From an uncultured Thiotrichales bacterium (GTDB lineage Bacteria; Pseudomonadota; Gammaproteobacteria; GCA-2400775), in contig CAYUVE010000001.1 of the NCBI GenBank assembly GCA_964447985.1, positions 1 to 41,208 of the forward strand: 41,208 nucleotides of DNA, read 5' to 3'. A program made the position numbers and the translations under genes. Of this stretch, positions 28,502 through 38,522 are shown piece after piece. The notes below the pieces were generated by a model. The model was not told the DNA's origin and did not search any database. It was given only the letters and a program-made list of their open reading frames with translations. Each line of letters starts with the position of its first letter. The stretch's first letter is position 1.

Positions 28502-29668
28502 CTATTGCAAAACGTTAACGATCTGGCCATCACTCAAGGCCGCGACGTCGCGCCTGACAACATGCTCATCAGCACTAATATTGCCGACGATGACTTGATC
28601 GTCACCGTGACGAATACCCACTTGTACCGTAACACGCTGCAACGTTGTGCCATCAAGTTTAAAGACATAAGCTTGACCATCTTCTTGCAAGATCGCCGTT
28701 ACCGGTACCACGAGAACATTTTGCTGCGCGAGCAGGGGAAGCTCTGTGCTGGCCAACATACCAGGCAGTAAGCCCTCACCATGGACACGAATACGTAAGG
28801 CATGGGTAAATGTCTCGCTGTCCGGGTCACTCTCAAGCGCCACCACTTTACCTGTTTGGCTGCTGCCATTTATCTTAACCGCTACGGCTTGCTGCAAACT
28901 GAGTGCGCGCGCGGTTTCACCATCAACTTCAACCGATAAATCAAACTTATCTTGTTCAAACAATTCAACAGCGACTTCGGCTGTTGTCATAAAATCTCCC
29001 ACGTCGACGACAACACTGTTTATGACGCTGTCAAATGGCGCTACCAAACGCGTGCGATCCAAGCTGCGTTGCGCTCGACGTAAAGCCGACTCTCGTAAGG
29101 CAATGCGCGACCTGGCATTATTGACACTAAAGCTTAAGCTCTCTTGTTCAGAGCGTAGCTGCAACAACAATTTACGCGCGTCATCAAGCAATGATTGTGC
29201 GGCTAAAGAATTGCTCGACAAGCGTTCCAGACGCTTTACTTCGCCAGACTGTAATTCTGTATTGCGTGCCGCAATTTCGAGCAGTCGCTTATCCCTTTCC
29301 ACTGCGGAACGCTCTTGGTCAAGCTGCGCTTGCGCATCAACGACCATGTCTCGATAATCACCTTCTTCTAGGGATAGTAGCGGCTCTCCCGCCCTAACCC
29401 GCTGACCCGGCTCTACCGAGCGCGAGTCAACCCGGCCACTGACTTCAAAATGCAGACCGAGTTTTTTGGCAGCCTGAAGGCGACCGCTAACCAAACGCAT
29501 AGGTTGAATATCTCGTACCTCAACCTTGACCGTCGCGACGCTAACAGGCTGCGTTGCTTCAAGGTTAGCTTGGGGTTCTGGTTTCGTTTTGATCAAGTAA
29601 TACGCGACAAAAGCGATAACGATGATCAACAGCAGAGTAAAAAAAGAGGAAATCTTGCGGGCAGACAC
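28502..29668 (-). CDS. RND efflux periplasmic adaptor (membrane fusion protein)
   Basis: N-terminal membrane anchor, a coiled-coil hairpin and a beta-barrel C-terminus. GTG start. The stop lies 3 nt before the RND permease start. Confidence 0.88.
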   Translation of the reverse strand: MSARKISSFFTLLLIIVIAFVAYYLIKTKPEPQANLEATQPVSVATVKVEVRDIQPMRLVSGRLQAAKKLGLHFEVSGRVDSRSVEPGQRVRAGEPLLSLEEGDYRDMVVDAQAQLDQERSAVERDKRLLEIAARNTELQSGEVKRLERLSSNSLAAQSLLDDARKLLLQLRSEQESLSFSVNNARSRIALRESALRRAQRSLDRTRLVAPFDSVINSVVVDVGDFMTTAEVAVELFEQDKFDLSVEVDGETARALSLQQAVAVKINGSSQTGKVVALESDPDSETFTHALRIRVHGEGLLPGMLASTELPLLAQQNVLVVPVTAILQEDGQAYVFKLDGTTLQRVTVQVGIRHGDDQVIVGNISADEHVVRRDVAALSDGQIVNVLQ

Positions 29669-29753
29669 GATGCATTAGTCTATTGGGTTAATAAGTGGTT
29701 CATTTTATGCCATTTTTAATGATTCTCACCAGCGAACCGGTACAATATGCGGC

Positions 29754-31970
29754 GTGCATCAATATAAGCAGAATATTTCGCATCATTTTCAACAGCTGGT
29801 TGCTCTATTTCTGTTTTTGGCCCCTATCAGCCAAGCTCAGAGCGCCTCGTTGTGCCATGCCTTGGACCAAGCTTTCACACTACCCCAACTCGCAATTAAT
29901 AACGAACTAGCGCCTTTAGAGATCGACGCTGACGAGGGTGAGAGCCTCGATCGCGATACCATGGAATTCATTGGTGATGTCGAAATACGCCGCGGTAATC
30001 AGCATTTACAAACCGATAAAGCTCGCTACACGCGCTCCCAAGACCGTATCCAAGCAGACGGTAATATGATTTACCGCGAACCCGATTTTTCCCTCTTCGG
30101 CGATAACGCCGATATCAATATCGATACCTTTGAGGGAGAGATTAATCAGGCCGATGTTCGTTTCCCGGAGACCCATGCCAGAGCCGACGCTGATACGGTT
30201 ATCCTAGAAGGTCGTGAGACCATAAGATTGGTTAATGGCTCATACACTACCTGTGATGTAGACGATAACAGCTGGTCGCTGACTTCGCCGCGCATCAAGC
30301 TTGATCGCGCAAAAGATGTCGGCGAGGCCTATCACGCTGTATTACGCATTAAACGCGTCCCGGTGTTTTATGCACCGTATATTAATTTTCCACTTAGCGA
30401 CAAACGTAAGTCCGGATTTTTAGCACCAAGCTTTGGCACCTCTGACGAGTCGGGCACTGAAATCTTTCTTCCTTATTATTGGAATATCGCGCCGAACTAC
30501 GACGCGACGTTCACTCCGCGCTTTATCGAGCGACGCGGCGTACAATTTCAAAATGAATTCCGCTATCTCAGCAATTATCACAACGGAATCATCGAAGCCG
30601 AATATTTACCTAGCGATAGCCTATTCGACGATGATCGAAGCCTAATACGGTTACGTCATAATACAAACTTTTCACGACAGTGGCGTGGAGACTTACTTTT
30701 TGCTGAAGTCTCAGACTCTGAATACTTAGAAGACTTAGGTAATAGCCTAGCAATTACCAGCATTACTCATCTCGAGCGCCGAGCTGATCTTAGCTATGAC
30801 GGTAATTGGGGCAACTTTCTTACCCGAGTACAAGACTTTCAAACCGTTGACGACACCATCGCGGCAAGCAACCGGCCCTATAAAAGACTGCCACAATTGC
30901 TTTATAGCTCACCTAGAATTCAATCCTGGTGGAATATCGACCAACAACTGCGCAGCGAATGGGTGCAATTTGATCGTGATGACAGCGTCACTGCTGCACG
31001 CTTAGATATTCAACCCACCTTAAGTCGTCGTTTTGAACGCTCGTGGGGGTTTTTTGAACCACGAGTCAAACTGCGCCATACACAGTATCAACTTGATGAC
31101 CAAGCTGCGGGTATTGACGATAACTTGTCACGAACAGTACCCATAAGCAGCCTCGATGGTGGCTTATTTTTCGATAAACCATTTACCCTCGGGAAAGGCG
31201 CTTTTGTTCACACTCTCGAGCCGCGATTGTTTTACCTATACGTGCCATTTCGCGATCAAGATGATATTCCACTGTTCGACACAGGCCTTAACAACTTCAG
31301 ATTTGGGCAATTGTTCAACGATAATCGTTTCTCTGGCGGGGACCGTATCGGCGATGCCAACCAGCTTACTCTGGCACTGACCTCCCGTTTGATCAATGAT
31401 CTTAATGGCCAGGAACTGGCGACGCTTGCCATTGGCCAGATTCGTCATTTTCGTGATCGCGAAGTCACGCTCAGTGGCGGCGCAGCTGACACGGATAATA
31501 CCTCTGATTTTGTTGCACAGCTTGATATCAACCCGACAAATAGTCTTACCTTGACTGGCGAATGGCAGTGGGATCCTGATAACGAAGAATCAGTACTAAG
31601 CGCCGCCAGCCTTAAATACCGTCCTGCACCCGATCGCGGGCTCAATTTATCTTATCGATCTCGTGGCAGCGCGCTAGAACAAACCGATTTATCATTTTTT
31701 TGGCCCTTGAGTCGCCGCTGGCGCGCTGTTGGCCGATGGAACTATTCTCTTGAAGAGAATCAAACCCTTGAGTCTTTTGCCGGCATCGAATACGAGCAAT
31801 GCTGCTGGCGCTTATCCTTTGTCCGCCGCGAATTTATTAACGACGATGACGCCACAAATGACGAGACCAATACCGCCTTTCTCATTCAGCTCGAGCTTAA
31901 GGGCCTGACACGCGTCGGCAGCCCAGTCGATGCCCTGCTAGAAGATGGTATCCTAGACTACCGTAGATAA
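29754..31970 (+). CDS. lptD: LPS-assembly outer-membrane protein LptD
   Basis: Signal peptide, an OstA-like N-terminal domain, a large beta-barrel and the conserved C-terminal Cys pair (YEQCCWRL). The lptD-surA-pdxA-rsmA synteny supports the call. Confidence 0.93.
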   Translation: MHQYKQNISHHFQQLVALFLFLAPISQAQSASLCHALDQAFTLPQLAINNELAPLEIDADEGESLDRDTMEFIGDVEIRRGNQHLQTDKARYTRSQDRIQADGNMIYREPDFSLFGDNADINIDTFEGEINQADVRFPETHARADADTVILEGRETIRLVNGSYTTCDVDDNSWSLTSPRIKLDRAKDVGEAYHAVLRIKRVPVFYAPYINFPLSDKRKSGFLAPSFGTSDESGTEIFLPYYWNIAPNYDATFTPRFIERRGVQFQNEFRYLSNYHNGIIEAEYLPSDSLFDDDRSLIRLRHNTNFSRQWRGDLLFAEVSDSEYLEDLGNSLAITSITHLERRADLSYDGNWGNFLTRVQDFQTVDDTIAASNRPYKRLPQLLYSSPRIQSWWNIDQQLRSEWVQFDRDDSVTAARLDIQPTLSRRFERSWGFFEPRVKLRHTQYQLDDQAAGIDDNLSRTVPISSLDGGLFFDKPFTLGKGAFVHTLEPRLFYLYVPFRDQDDIPLFDTGLNNFRFGQLFNDNRFSGGDRIGDANQLTLALTSRLINDLNGQELATLAIGQIRHFRDREVTLSGGAADTDNTSDFVAQLDINPTNSLTLTGEWQWDPDNEESVLSAASLKYRPAPDRGLNLSYRSRGSALEQTDLSFFWPLSRRWRAVGRWNYSLEENQTLESFAGIEYEQCCWRLSFVRREFINDDDATNDETNTAFLIQLELKGLTRVGSPVDALLEDGILDYRR

Positions 31971-31982
31971 GAGTTTTAACCT

Positions 31983-33281
31983 ATGACACAGCGATTTTTG
32001 ATGACGCCAAGCTTTGCCGCCCTAGCACTGCTGTTGGTGATTAGCACACCGGTTTACTCAGCAGAAGGCGATACGCCTCTGGACGGTATTGCTGCCGTCG
32101 TCAACGATGACATCATTACCCATACAGAGTTAGATGCGGAAGTCATACGCATCAGCCAGGAACTACGTCGTCGTAACACCCAAGCACCGCCTGAAGAGGT
32201 GTTAAAAAAACAGGTACTGGAACGACTCATCAATCGCAAAATCCAGTTACAAACGGCACGCCGAGCGAATATTGTTGTTGATGATGAAACACTTAACCGC
32301 GCGTTAACCAATATTGCGGCTGAGAGCAATCTCAGCTTATCGCAGTTTCGCCGAGTACTAATTCGTGACGGTGTGAGCTTTGAAGGCTTTCGTGAAAACA
32401 TGCGCGACGAAATCACTTTAAACCGCTTTTACCAGCGTCAGATTGATAGCCGCGTCTCAATCAGCGATGCTGACATTACCGCCTTTCTTGAAACCCAGCA
32501 AACACAAGGCAATGTCAGCATTGAATATGAAATCGGTCACATACTTATTGCGGTACCAGAGAGCGCCAGTGCCGAAGAAGTCAGCGCTGCACGCAACCAA
32601 GCAGACAGTGTAGTGACACGTATTAACGAAGGCGCCGACTTTGCCGAAATCGCCGTCGCCGAATCAAACGGCTCACGTGCTCTCGATGGTGGTAACTTAG
32701 GTTGGCGCCCTGCCAATGAACTGCCTACTATTTTTGCCAGCGTTATCCCCAATATGAAAAAAGGTGAGATAAGTAAGGTTATAAAAAGCACCAGCGGCTT
32801 TCATGTTGTTAAGTTGTTAGATACTCGTGATAGTGACACTCAAATAGTTAAGCAGACTAATGCGCGACATATTCTCGTAGCCACCCAAGACCGTGACCGC
32901 GAAGAAGCCTTAGCGATGGCAAAAGAAATGCGTGAACATATTATGGAAGGCGATGACTTTGCCGAGATGGCAAAAGAACACTCTGACGACCTAGGCTCGG
33001 GCAAAGAAGGTGGCAACCTAGGGTGGATTAACCCTGGGGATACCGTAGCACCGTTTGAAAAAGCCATGAATAGCTTATCGGTTGGTCAGCTCAGCGAACC
33101 CGTCGAAAGTCGCTTTGGCTGGCATATTATCGAGGTCAAAGAACGACGCGACTTTGATGCAACAGAAACAGTCAAGAAAAACCGCGCTCGACAGGCTCTC
33201 CGTGAACAACGTGTGGCCGATGAACGCAGAACAGAATTACGAAGGCTGCGTGATGATGCCTATGTCGAGGTTCGCATTTAA
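31983..33281 (+). CDS. surA: Periplasmic chaperone / peptidyl-prolyl isomerase SurA
   Basis: Signal peptide, a SurA N-terminal domain and two parvulin domains (SGFHVVKLLD, RFGWHIIEV). Conserved position after lptD. Confidence 0.93.
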   Translation: MTQRFLMTPSFAALALLLVISTPVYSAEGDTPLDGIAAVVNDDIITHTELDAEVIRISQELRRRNTQAPPEEVLKKQVLERLINRKIQLQTARRANIVVDDETLNRALTNIAAESNLSLSQFRRVLIRDGVSFEGFRENMRDEITLNRFYQRQIDSRVSISDADITAFLETQQTQGNVSIEYEIGHILIAVPESASAEEVSAARNQADSVVTRINEGADFAEIAVAESNGSRALDGGNLGWRPANELPTIFASVIPNMKKGEISKVIKSTSGFHVVKLLDTRDSDTQIVKQTNARHILVATQDRDREEALAMAKEMREHIMEGDDFAEMAKEHSDDLGSGKEGGNLGWINPGDTVAPFEKAMNSLSVGQLSEPVESRFGWHIIEVKERRDFDATETVKKNRARQALREQRVADERRTELRRLRDDAYVEVRI

Positions 33282-33301
33282 GACTACAGTCATAACAAAT
33301 T

Positions 33302-34279
33302 ATGAGCGCATGTAAACGCATCGCCATTACACCTGGTGAGCCGGCGGGCATTGGCCCTGATATTTGTTTAGAAATCGCCCAACAAGAGTTCAGTCACGAG
33401 CTGGTCTTCATCGCAGATATCGAATTATTACACGAACGCAATCGCTTACTCGGCACTAACATCGATATCCACCATGTTGATGTTAATCGCTCACCAATAC
33501 CTCAGCGAGCTAATAGCCTAAACGTTCACCACATCCCTTTAGTAGAAAAAAATATCCTAGGTCAGCTCAATAAAAATAATGCCTCTTACGTCTTAGCCTG
33601 TCTCGACCAAGCCGTCGAGGGATGTCTTATTAATCACTATGATGCACTTGTCACAGGCCCATTACATAAAGGCGTTATCAATGATGCCGGTATTCCATTC
33701 CAAGGCCATACAGAATATTTAGCAGAGAAAACCAATTCAGAGCTACCCGTTATGATGTTGGCAGGTGGCAATCTTAGAGTCGCTTTAGTCACCACACATC
33801 TGCCCTTATCGAAAATAAGCGAAGCTATAACACCAGAACGATTAGAAAAAACACTTCGCATTATCGATCACGATCTACAAAAACGCTTTCAGTTAGCTAA
33901 ACCAAAAATCGGCATATGTGGCCTTAATCCGCACGCTGGAGAAAGCGGTCATCTCGGCCGTGAAGAAATAGAGACCATTACACCCGTTATTGAAAAGTTA
34001 AAATTAGAAGGCTTGGACTTAGTCGGCCCTCTACCCGCTGACACGATTTTTACACCTGGCTATATGATGCAGTTTGATGTCATCGTTGCTATGTATCACG
34101 ACCAAGGCCTACCCGTTTTGAAGCATCATGCCTTTGGTGACGCCGTTAATATTACCTTAGGCTTGTCTATTATCCGCACCTCTGTCGATCACGGCACAGC
34201 GCTTGATCTCGCTGGCAGCGGTAAAGCCGATAGTGGTAGTCTAGATGCCGCTTTAAAGCTTGCCGCCGATCTAATCTAA
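33302..34279 (+). CDS. pdxA: 4-hydroxythreonine-4-phosphate dehydrogenase
   Basis: ITPGEPAGIGPD, GHTEYLA, GLNPHAGE, MYHDQGL and SVDHGTA motifs, plus synteny. Confidence 0.93.
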   Translation: MSACKRIAITPGEPAGIGPDICLEIAQQEFSHELVFIADIELLHERNRLLGTNIDIHHVDVNRSPIPQRANSLNVHHIPLVEKNILGQLNKNNASYVLACLDQAVEGCLINHYDALVTGPLHKGVINDAGIPFQGHTEYLAEKTNSELPVMMLAGGNLRVALVTTHLPLSKISEAITPERLEKTLRIIDHDLQKRFQLAKPKIGICGLNPHAGESGHLGREEIETITPVIEKLKLEGLDLVGPLPADTIFTPGYMMQFDVIVAMYHDQGLPVLKHHAFGDAVNITLGLSIIRTSVDHGTALDLAGSGKADSGSLDAALKLAADLI

Positions 34280-34281
34280 AC

Positions 34282-35064
34282 ATGAGCAAACAACATGTCA
34301 CGCGTAAGCGTTTTGGTCAGCATTTTTTAACAGACCAATCGGTTATTCATCACATCATCCAAGCTATCGACCCTAAAAGACATCCATCACTGGTGGAAAT
34401 AGGCCCCGGGCGCGGTGCCATCACACTACCTTTACTCGAATACGGTACAAAAATAGATGTTATCGAGATTGATCGAGATTTAGTGGCTTGGTGGCAAGAT
34501 AAACAACGACAAGGGCTTACGGTCAATATTCATGAATCCGATGTGCTCAATTTTGATTTCAATCAACTCGGTTCAAAAGACAACCCTATTTATTTGATTG
34601 GCAACCTGCCTTACAACATCTCAACACCCTTATTTTTTCATTTAATTGACTTTCATGATGTCATTGCCGAGATGTGTTTTATGGTGCAAAAAGAAGTGGC
34701 TTTGCGTATAACGGCCCAGGCCAACGAAAAACCCTATGGTCAACTAAGCGTGTGGCTACAACTGCATTATCAAACGGAATTGTTATTTGATGTCGCCCCT
34801 GAAAGTTTTAAGCCGCCCCCTAAAGTCGACTCCTCGATTATTCGATTACGGCCTCATAAACGCGCGCCAGTTGAGGTAGAAGACAAACAAAAATTTCACC
34901 GATTAATCAAGGCAGCTTTCGCACAGAAGCGTAAAACTTTGCGCAATAACCTAAAAGACTGGGCAGATATAGAAGTATTTCAGCAAGCCGATATAGACCC
35001 TAGTCGACGTGCCGAAACACTGAGCTTAGAAGAGTTTGCTAAATTGCATCAGTCTATCGCTTAA
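34282..35064 (+). CDS. rsmA: 16S rRNA (adenine1518/1519-N6)-dimethyltransferase
   Basis: FGQHFL, EIGPGRGAIT and GNLPYNISTP motifs, plus synteny after pdxA. Confidence 0.93.
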   Translation: MSKQHVTRKRFGQHFLTDQSVIHHIIQAIDPKRHPSLVEIGPGRGAITLPLLEYGTKIDVIEIDRDLVAWWQDKQRQGLTVNIHESDVLNFDFNQLGSKDNPIYLIGNLPYNISTPLFFHLIDFHDVIAEMCFMVQKEVALRITAQANEKPYGQLSVWLQLHYQTELLFDVAPESFKPPPKVDSSIIRLRPHKRAPVEVEDKQKFHRLIKAAFAQKRKTLRNNLKDWADIEVFQQADIDPSRRAETLSLEEFAKLHQSIA

Positions 35065-35096
35065 GCGATGATTCATCGAATTTAAAAGCGTTGCTT

Positions 35097-36107
35097 ATGA
35101 ACAAGAAAATTCGAATACTAGCGATCATTTCCATCGTAGTAGCCATATTATCCTTATTCGCCTGTAGCACACCAAAATACCAACCCGTATCAACACAGCG
35201 ACTAAGCCCAGATTTGCAGGAAGGCGCCGCCATCATGGCAGATGGTTATCGCTTACCGTTGAACCAACATATCGCTGACAATGCTAAGGCCGTGATTATT
35301 GCCTTGCATGGCTTTAATGATTATCGCAATGCATTCAAACCACTTTGCAATTATATCGTCGAACAAAATATACATTGTTACCGTTATGACCAACGCGGCT
35401 TTGGTGAAACCGATCATCGAGGCCTTTGGCCAAGCAATGGCGAACTACAACAAGACCTGGTTACCTTGTCAAAACTCGTCAAACAACAGCACCCTTCGCT
35501 ACCGCTTTACGTTATTGGTGAAAGTATGGGAGGCGCAGTCGTACTGACTACGTTTGCCGAAAACAATGTTACTGACGTTGAGGGCATCGCGGTATTAGCT
35601 CCTGCTGTTTGGGCGCGCCATACTCAACCCTGGTACCAACAATTCGCGCTTTGGTTAACTGTACGCATCGCGCCTGGCTGGAAGCCAACTGGCAAAGGTT
35701 TTGAGCGCGTGGTTTCAGATAATAACGACATGCTGCGTGAGCTCTCCAAGGATCCTTTGGTCATAAAAGGTACACGAGTCGATACAATATATGGCCTAAA
35801 TAACTTAATGGACAAAGCGATTAGCTCAGCAGCAAAGGTTTCGACCAAAGGCCTGATCCTTTACGGCGATAAGGACGAACTGATTACGAAAAAACCCACC
35901 TGTGAAATGTTGAACAACGCTGCCAAGGGCAATGGTAATTGGCGCTTTGTTTTATATTCTCACGGCTATCATATGCTAAGCCGTGACTTACAAGCCGAGA
36001 ATGTATACAAAGATTTGATTCAATGGATAGAGACGCCCGCCAAAAACTTTAATGAAGAAATCAGTTTAGATAATAACGAATGGCAAACCGAATACTGTAA
36101 TGCATAA
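35097..36107 (+). CDS. Lipoprotein alpha/beta hydrolase (lysophospholipase / monoacylglycerol-lipase-like)
   Basis: Lipobox LFAC after a signal sequence, HGFND oxyanion region, nucleophile elbow GESMGG and C-terminal GYHML (candidate catalytic His). Confidence 0.8.
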   Translation: MNKKIRILAIISIVVAILSLFACSTPKYQPVSTQRLSPDLQEGAAIMADGYRLPLNQHIADNAKAVIIALHGFNDYRNAFKPLCNYIVEQNIHCYRYDQRGFGETDHRGLWPSNGELQQDLVTLSKLVKQQHPSLPLYVIGESMGGAVVLTTFAENNVTDVEGIAVLAPAVWARHTQPWYQQFALWLTVRIAPGWKPTGKGFERVVSDNNDMLRELSKDPLVIKGTRVDTIYGLNNLMDKAISSAAKVSTKGLILYGDKDELITKKPTCEMLNNAAKGNGNWRFVLYSHGYHMLSRDLQAENVYKDLIQWIETPAKNFNEEISLDNNEWQTEYCNA

Positions 36108-36768
36108 ATTACTACCCGAATTATTATTTAAAGTATTTTCCGACCCCTACCCTGCCTGTGACGCGACCTATCTTTACGCTACAACAGAAGCAAACCAAAA
36201 CTCTGTCATCGATAAAGGCGTTGAGCTATTTAATGCTGGACTCACTAAAGAACTTTGGATCGCGGACACCGCCCCGAAATCAGGTTATGTCGGCGTCGAT
36301 ATCTGGCGTAAGCTGCTAGAAGAAAAAGGGATACCTGCTGAAAAAATTATAGGTATCAATACCCATGACTACGATATGCTAAATACTTATATCGAAGCCT
36401 TTGAAGTTATTGGTCATGCAAAAAAACATGATATCTCATCGCTGCTTATCGTCTCAGCGCCCTTTCATCAATTACGCGCCTTTTCGACTATCATTACTGC
36501 AATATTAAGAGAATACCCAGCACTTAAAACTTACAGCAAAGCTGGTAACCCAATGGCCTGGCATGAAAATGTTTCACATTCACAAGGCACATTACTAGGT
36601 AATCGCGATGACTTTATCTATACCGAAATAGAACGTATAGACAAATATAATAAAAAAGGTGACTTAGCCGACTTAGAAGACATCATCGAATACCTCAATA
36701 CTCGAGACATCCCTAAGGGTGATGACCTTAAGCTTGCAACAAATGCAGGCCAATCATTGCGACAATAA
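36100..36768 (+). CDS. DUF218 (YdcF/ElyC/SanA-like) domain protein
   Basis: Pattern GIPAEKIIG...NTYIEAF...LLIVSAPFHQLRAF, typical of DUF218. The ATG overlaps the end of the preceding gene by 8 nt. Confidence 0.65.
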   Translation: MHKLLPELLFKVFSDPYPACDATYLYATTEANQNSVIDKGVELFNAGLTKELWIADTAPKSGYVGVDIWRKLLEEKGIPAEKIIGINTHDYDMLNTYIEAFEVIGHAKKHDISSLLIVSAPFHQLRAFSTIITAILREYPALKTYSKAGNPMAWHENVSHSQGTLLGNRDDFIYTEIERIDKYNKKGDLADLEDIIEYLNTRDIPKGDDLKLATNAGQSLRQ

Positions 36769-36817
36769 AAATGGCAGCGACAAATGTCAGGCTGAGAAAT
36801 GGGCTATTCGAATCCAT
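36728..36817 (-). CDS. Candidate 29-aa single-TM small protein (MDSNSPFLSLTFVAAIFIVAMIGLHLLQA)
   Basis: Not in the ORF track because it is under 60 aa. GGAGG (36823-36827, minus strand) lies 5 nt upstream of the ATG at 36817. The start is 59 nt downstream of the SulP stop on the same strand. The 3' end overlaps the convergent DUF218 gene by 41 nt. Confidence 0.3.
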   Translation of the reverse strand: MDSNSPFLSLTFVAAIFIVAMIGLHLLQA

Positions 36818-36876
36818 GAGCACCTCCGTACGCTCTACGATAGACAATTTAAACTATCGGCCGTTTAACACTTTCC

Positions 36877-38391
36877 TTAATTCAGCTCATTATCCGCGAC
36901 ATGATACTTAGGGTCTTCCAGGTAATTCACTTCGACCAAATCACCTGCCTTTTTCAGTAGCAAACGACATTCAGGGCTTAAGTGGCGCAGATGCAAGCGC
37001 TTATCTAATTTTAAATAACGCTCCGCCAGGGTATCAATCGCTTCGATCGCTGAGTGATCCACTACCCGCGAATTTTGAAACTCGATGATGACGTCCTCGG
37101 GGTCGTCTTTTGGGTTAAATAAATCCTGGAAGTTTTTCACCGAGGCGAAAAACAAAGGCCCGCTTAGCTCGTAGACTTTTGAACCTTTTTCATCAGTGTA
37201 ACTTTTTACACCAATATGCTTGGCATGTTCCCAAGCAAAGACCAAAGCAGAAACGATTACCCCAACAATGACCGCGACAGCCAGATCGGTAAACACTGTA
37301 ACACCTGAAACTAGTATTAATACGAAAGCGTCTGATTTAGGTATTTTTCCGAGAATACGAAAACTCGACCATTCAAAGGTACCAATCACTACCATAAACA
37401 TCACACCAGTTAAGGCAGCAAGTGGAATTTGTTCGATTAACCCTGAGGCGAATAATATAAATGCCAGCAAAAACAACGCGGCGCTGATAGAAGATAAGCG
37501 TCCTCTACCACCCGATTCGATATTAATCATGCTTTGGCCAATCATAGCGCAACCACCCATGCCGCCAAAAAAACCAGTAACTAGGTTAGCGCCACCTTGA
37601 GCGACGCACTCTACATTACCTCGACCCCGTGTATCGGTCATCTCATCAATCACTGTTAGAGTTAATAGTGATTCTATTAAACCAATTAAAGCGAGCACCA
37701 CCGCGTAGGGCAATATGATTTTAAACGTCTCCCAACTTAATTCGACCATTGGGATATGAAAACTGGGTAAGTCACCTTTAATCGATGCCAAGTCACCAAC
37801 CGTCCGGCTGTCCAAACCAACCACAATCACGATTAACGATACGGTAATAATGGCGGCCAAAGATGACGGAATCGCATTGGTTAGTTTAGGTAGAAAATAG
37901 ATGATGGCCATGGTTAAGGCAACCAGGCCTAACATAATCCAAAGGGCCTGACCTTCGATCCAGTCGCCATCAACTTGAAACGTCTTTAACTGTGCCAGAA
38001 AAATAACTATGGCTAAGCCGTTAACAAAACCTAACATGACCGGATGCGGCACAATTCGAATGAGCTTACCCAGTTTGAGCAAACCGATCACTATTTGGAT
38101 TATTCCCGTCAGCACCACCGCAGCTAGCAGATATTCCAGACCATGCTGCGCCACCAATGCCACCATGACCACAGCCATTGAAGCTGTAGCACCTGAAATC
38201 ATGCCCGGGCGACCACCGAATAAACCGGTGATTAAACCGACCAGAAAGGCTGCATAAAGACCCACTAGAGGCTCTACACCCGCGACAAAGGCAAACGCGA
38301 CAGCCTCAGGAACCAACGCTAAGGCGACAGTAAGGCCTGATAATATGTCGTTTTTGGGGCTGCCTTGTCCGGCTAAATAGTGATAAAACAT
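36877..38391 (-). CDS. SulP-family anion transporter with C-terminal STAS domain
   Basis: N-terminal motif [20 protein letters not shown], a polytopic core and a C-terminal STAS-like segment ([26 protein letters not shown]). ATG at 38391 is preferred to the track start at 38451. Confidence 0.9.
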   Translation of the reverse strand: MFYHYLAGQGSPKNDILSGLTVALALVPEAVAFAFVAGVEPLVGLYAAFLVGLITGLFGGRPGMISGATASMAVVMVALVAQHGLEYLLAAVVLTGIIQIVIGLLKLGKLIRIVPHPVMLGFVNGLAIVIFLAQLKTFQVDGDWIEGQALWIMLGLVALTMAIIYFLPKLTNAIPSSLAAIITVSLIVIVVGLDSRTVGDLASIKGDLPSFHIPMVELSWETFKIILPYAVVLALIGLIESLLTLTVIDEMTDTRGRGNVECVAQGGANLVTGFFGGMGGCAMIGQSMINIESGGRGRLSSISAALFLLAFILFASGLIEQIPLAALTGVMFMVVIGTFEWSSFRILGKIPKSDAFVLILVSGVTVFTDLAVAVIVGVIVSALVFAWEHAKHIGVKSYTDEKGSKVYELSGPLFFASVKNFQDLFNPKDDPEDVIIEFQNSRVVDHSAIEAIDTLAERYLKLDKRLHLRHLSPECRLLLKKAGDLVEVNYLEDPKYHVADNELN

Positions 38392-38522
38392 GTTAATCTC
38401 GCTAAGGAGTGGCCAATGAGAATAGAGCCAAAAAGGCTGCGATACTAGCACAGACGCGTATTGTTAACGAAATCCGCCGCACCAAGGATATATCGACCCG
38501 GCGAAACCAGGCTTAAACCACG

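Noticed and set aside
28746-29357. A 203-aa plus-strand ORF antisense to the second RND adaptor gene.
   Set aside because: It lies entirely within a well-supported minus-strand CDS. The translation is Ser/Arg/Ala/Thr-rich low complexity, typical of the antisense frame of a coiled-coil gene. It has no RBS and no recognisable motif.
35056-35069. A perfect 14-bp palindrome ATCGCTTAAGCGAT spanning the rsmA stop codon.
   Set aside because: It has no loop, so it cannot form a stable hairpin terminator. No T-tract follows. It is probably coincidental or at most a protein-binding site, and I have no further evidence.
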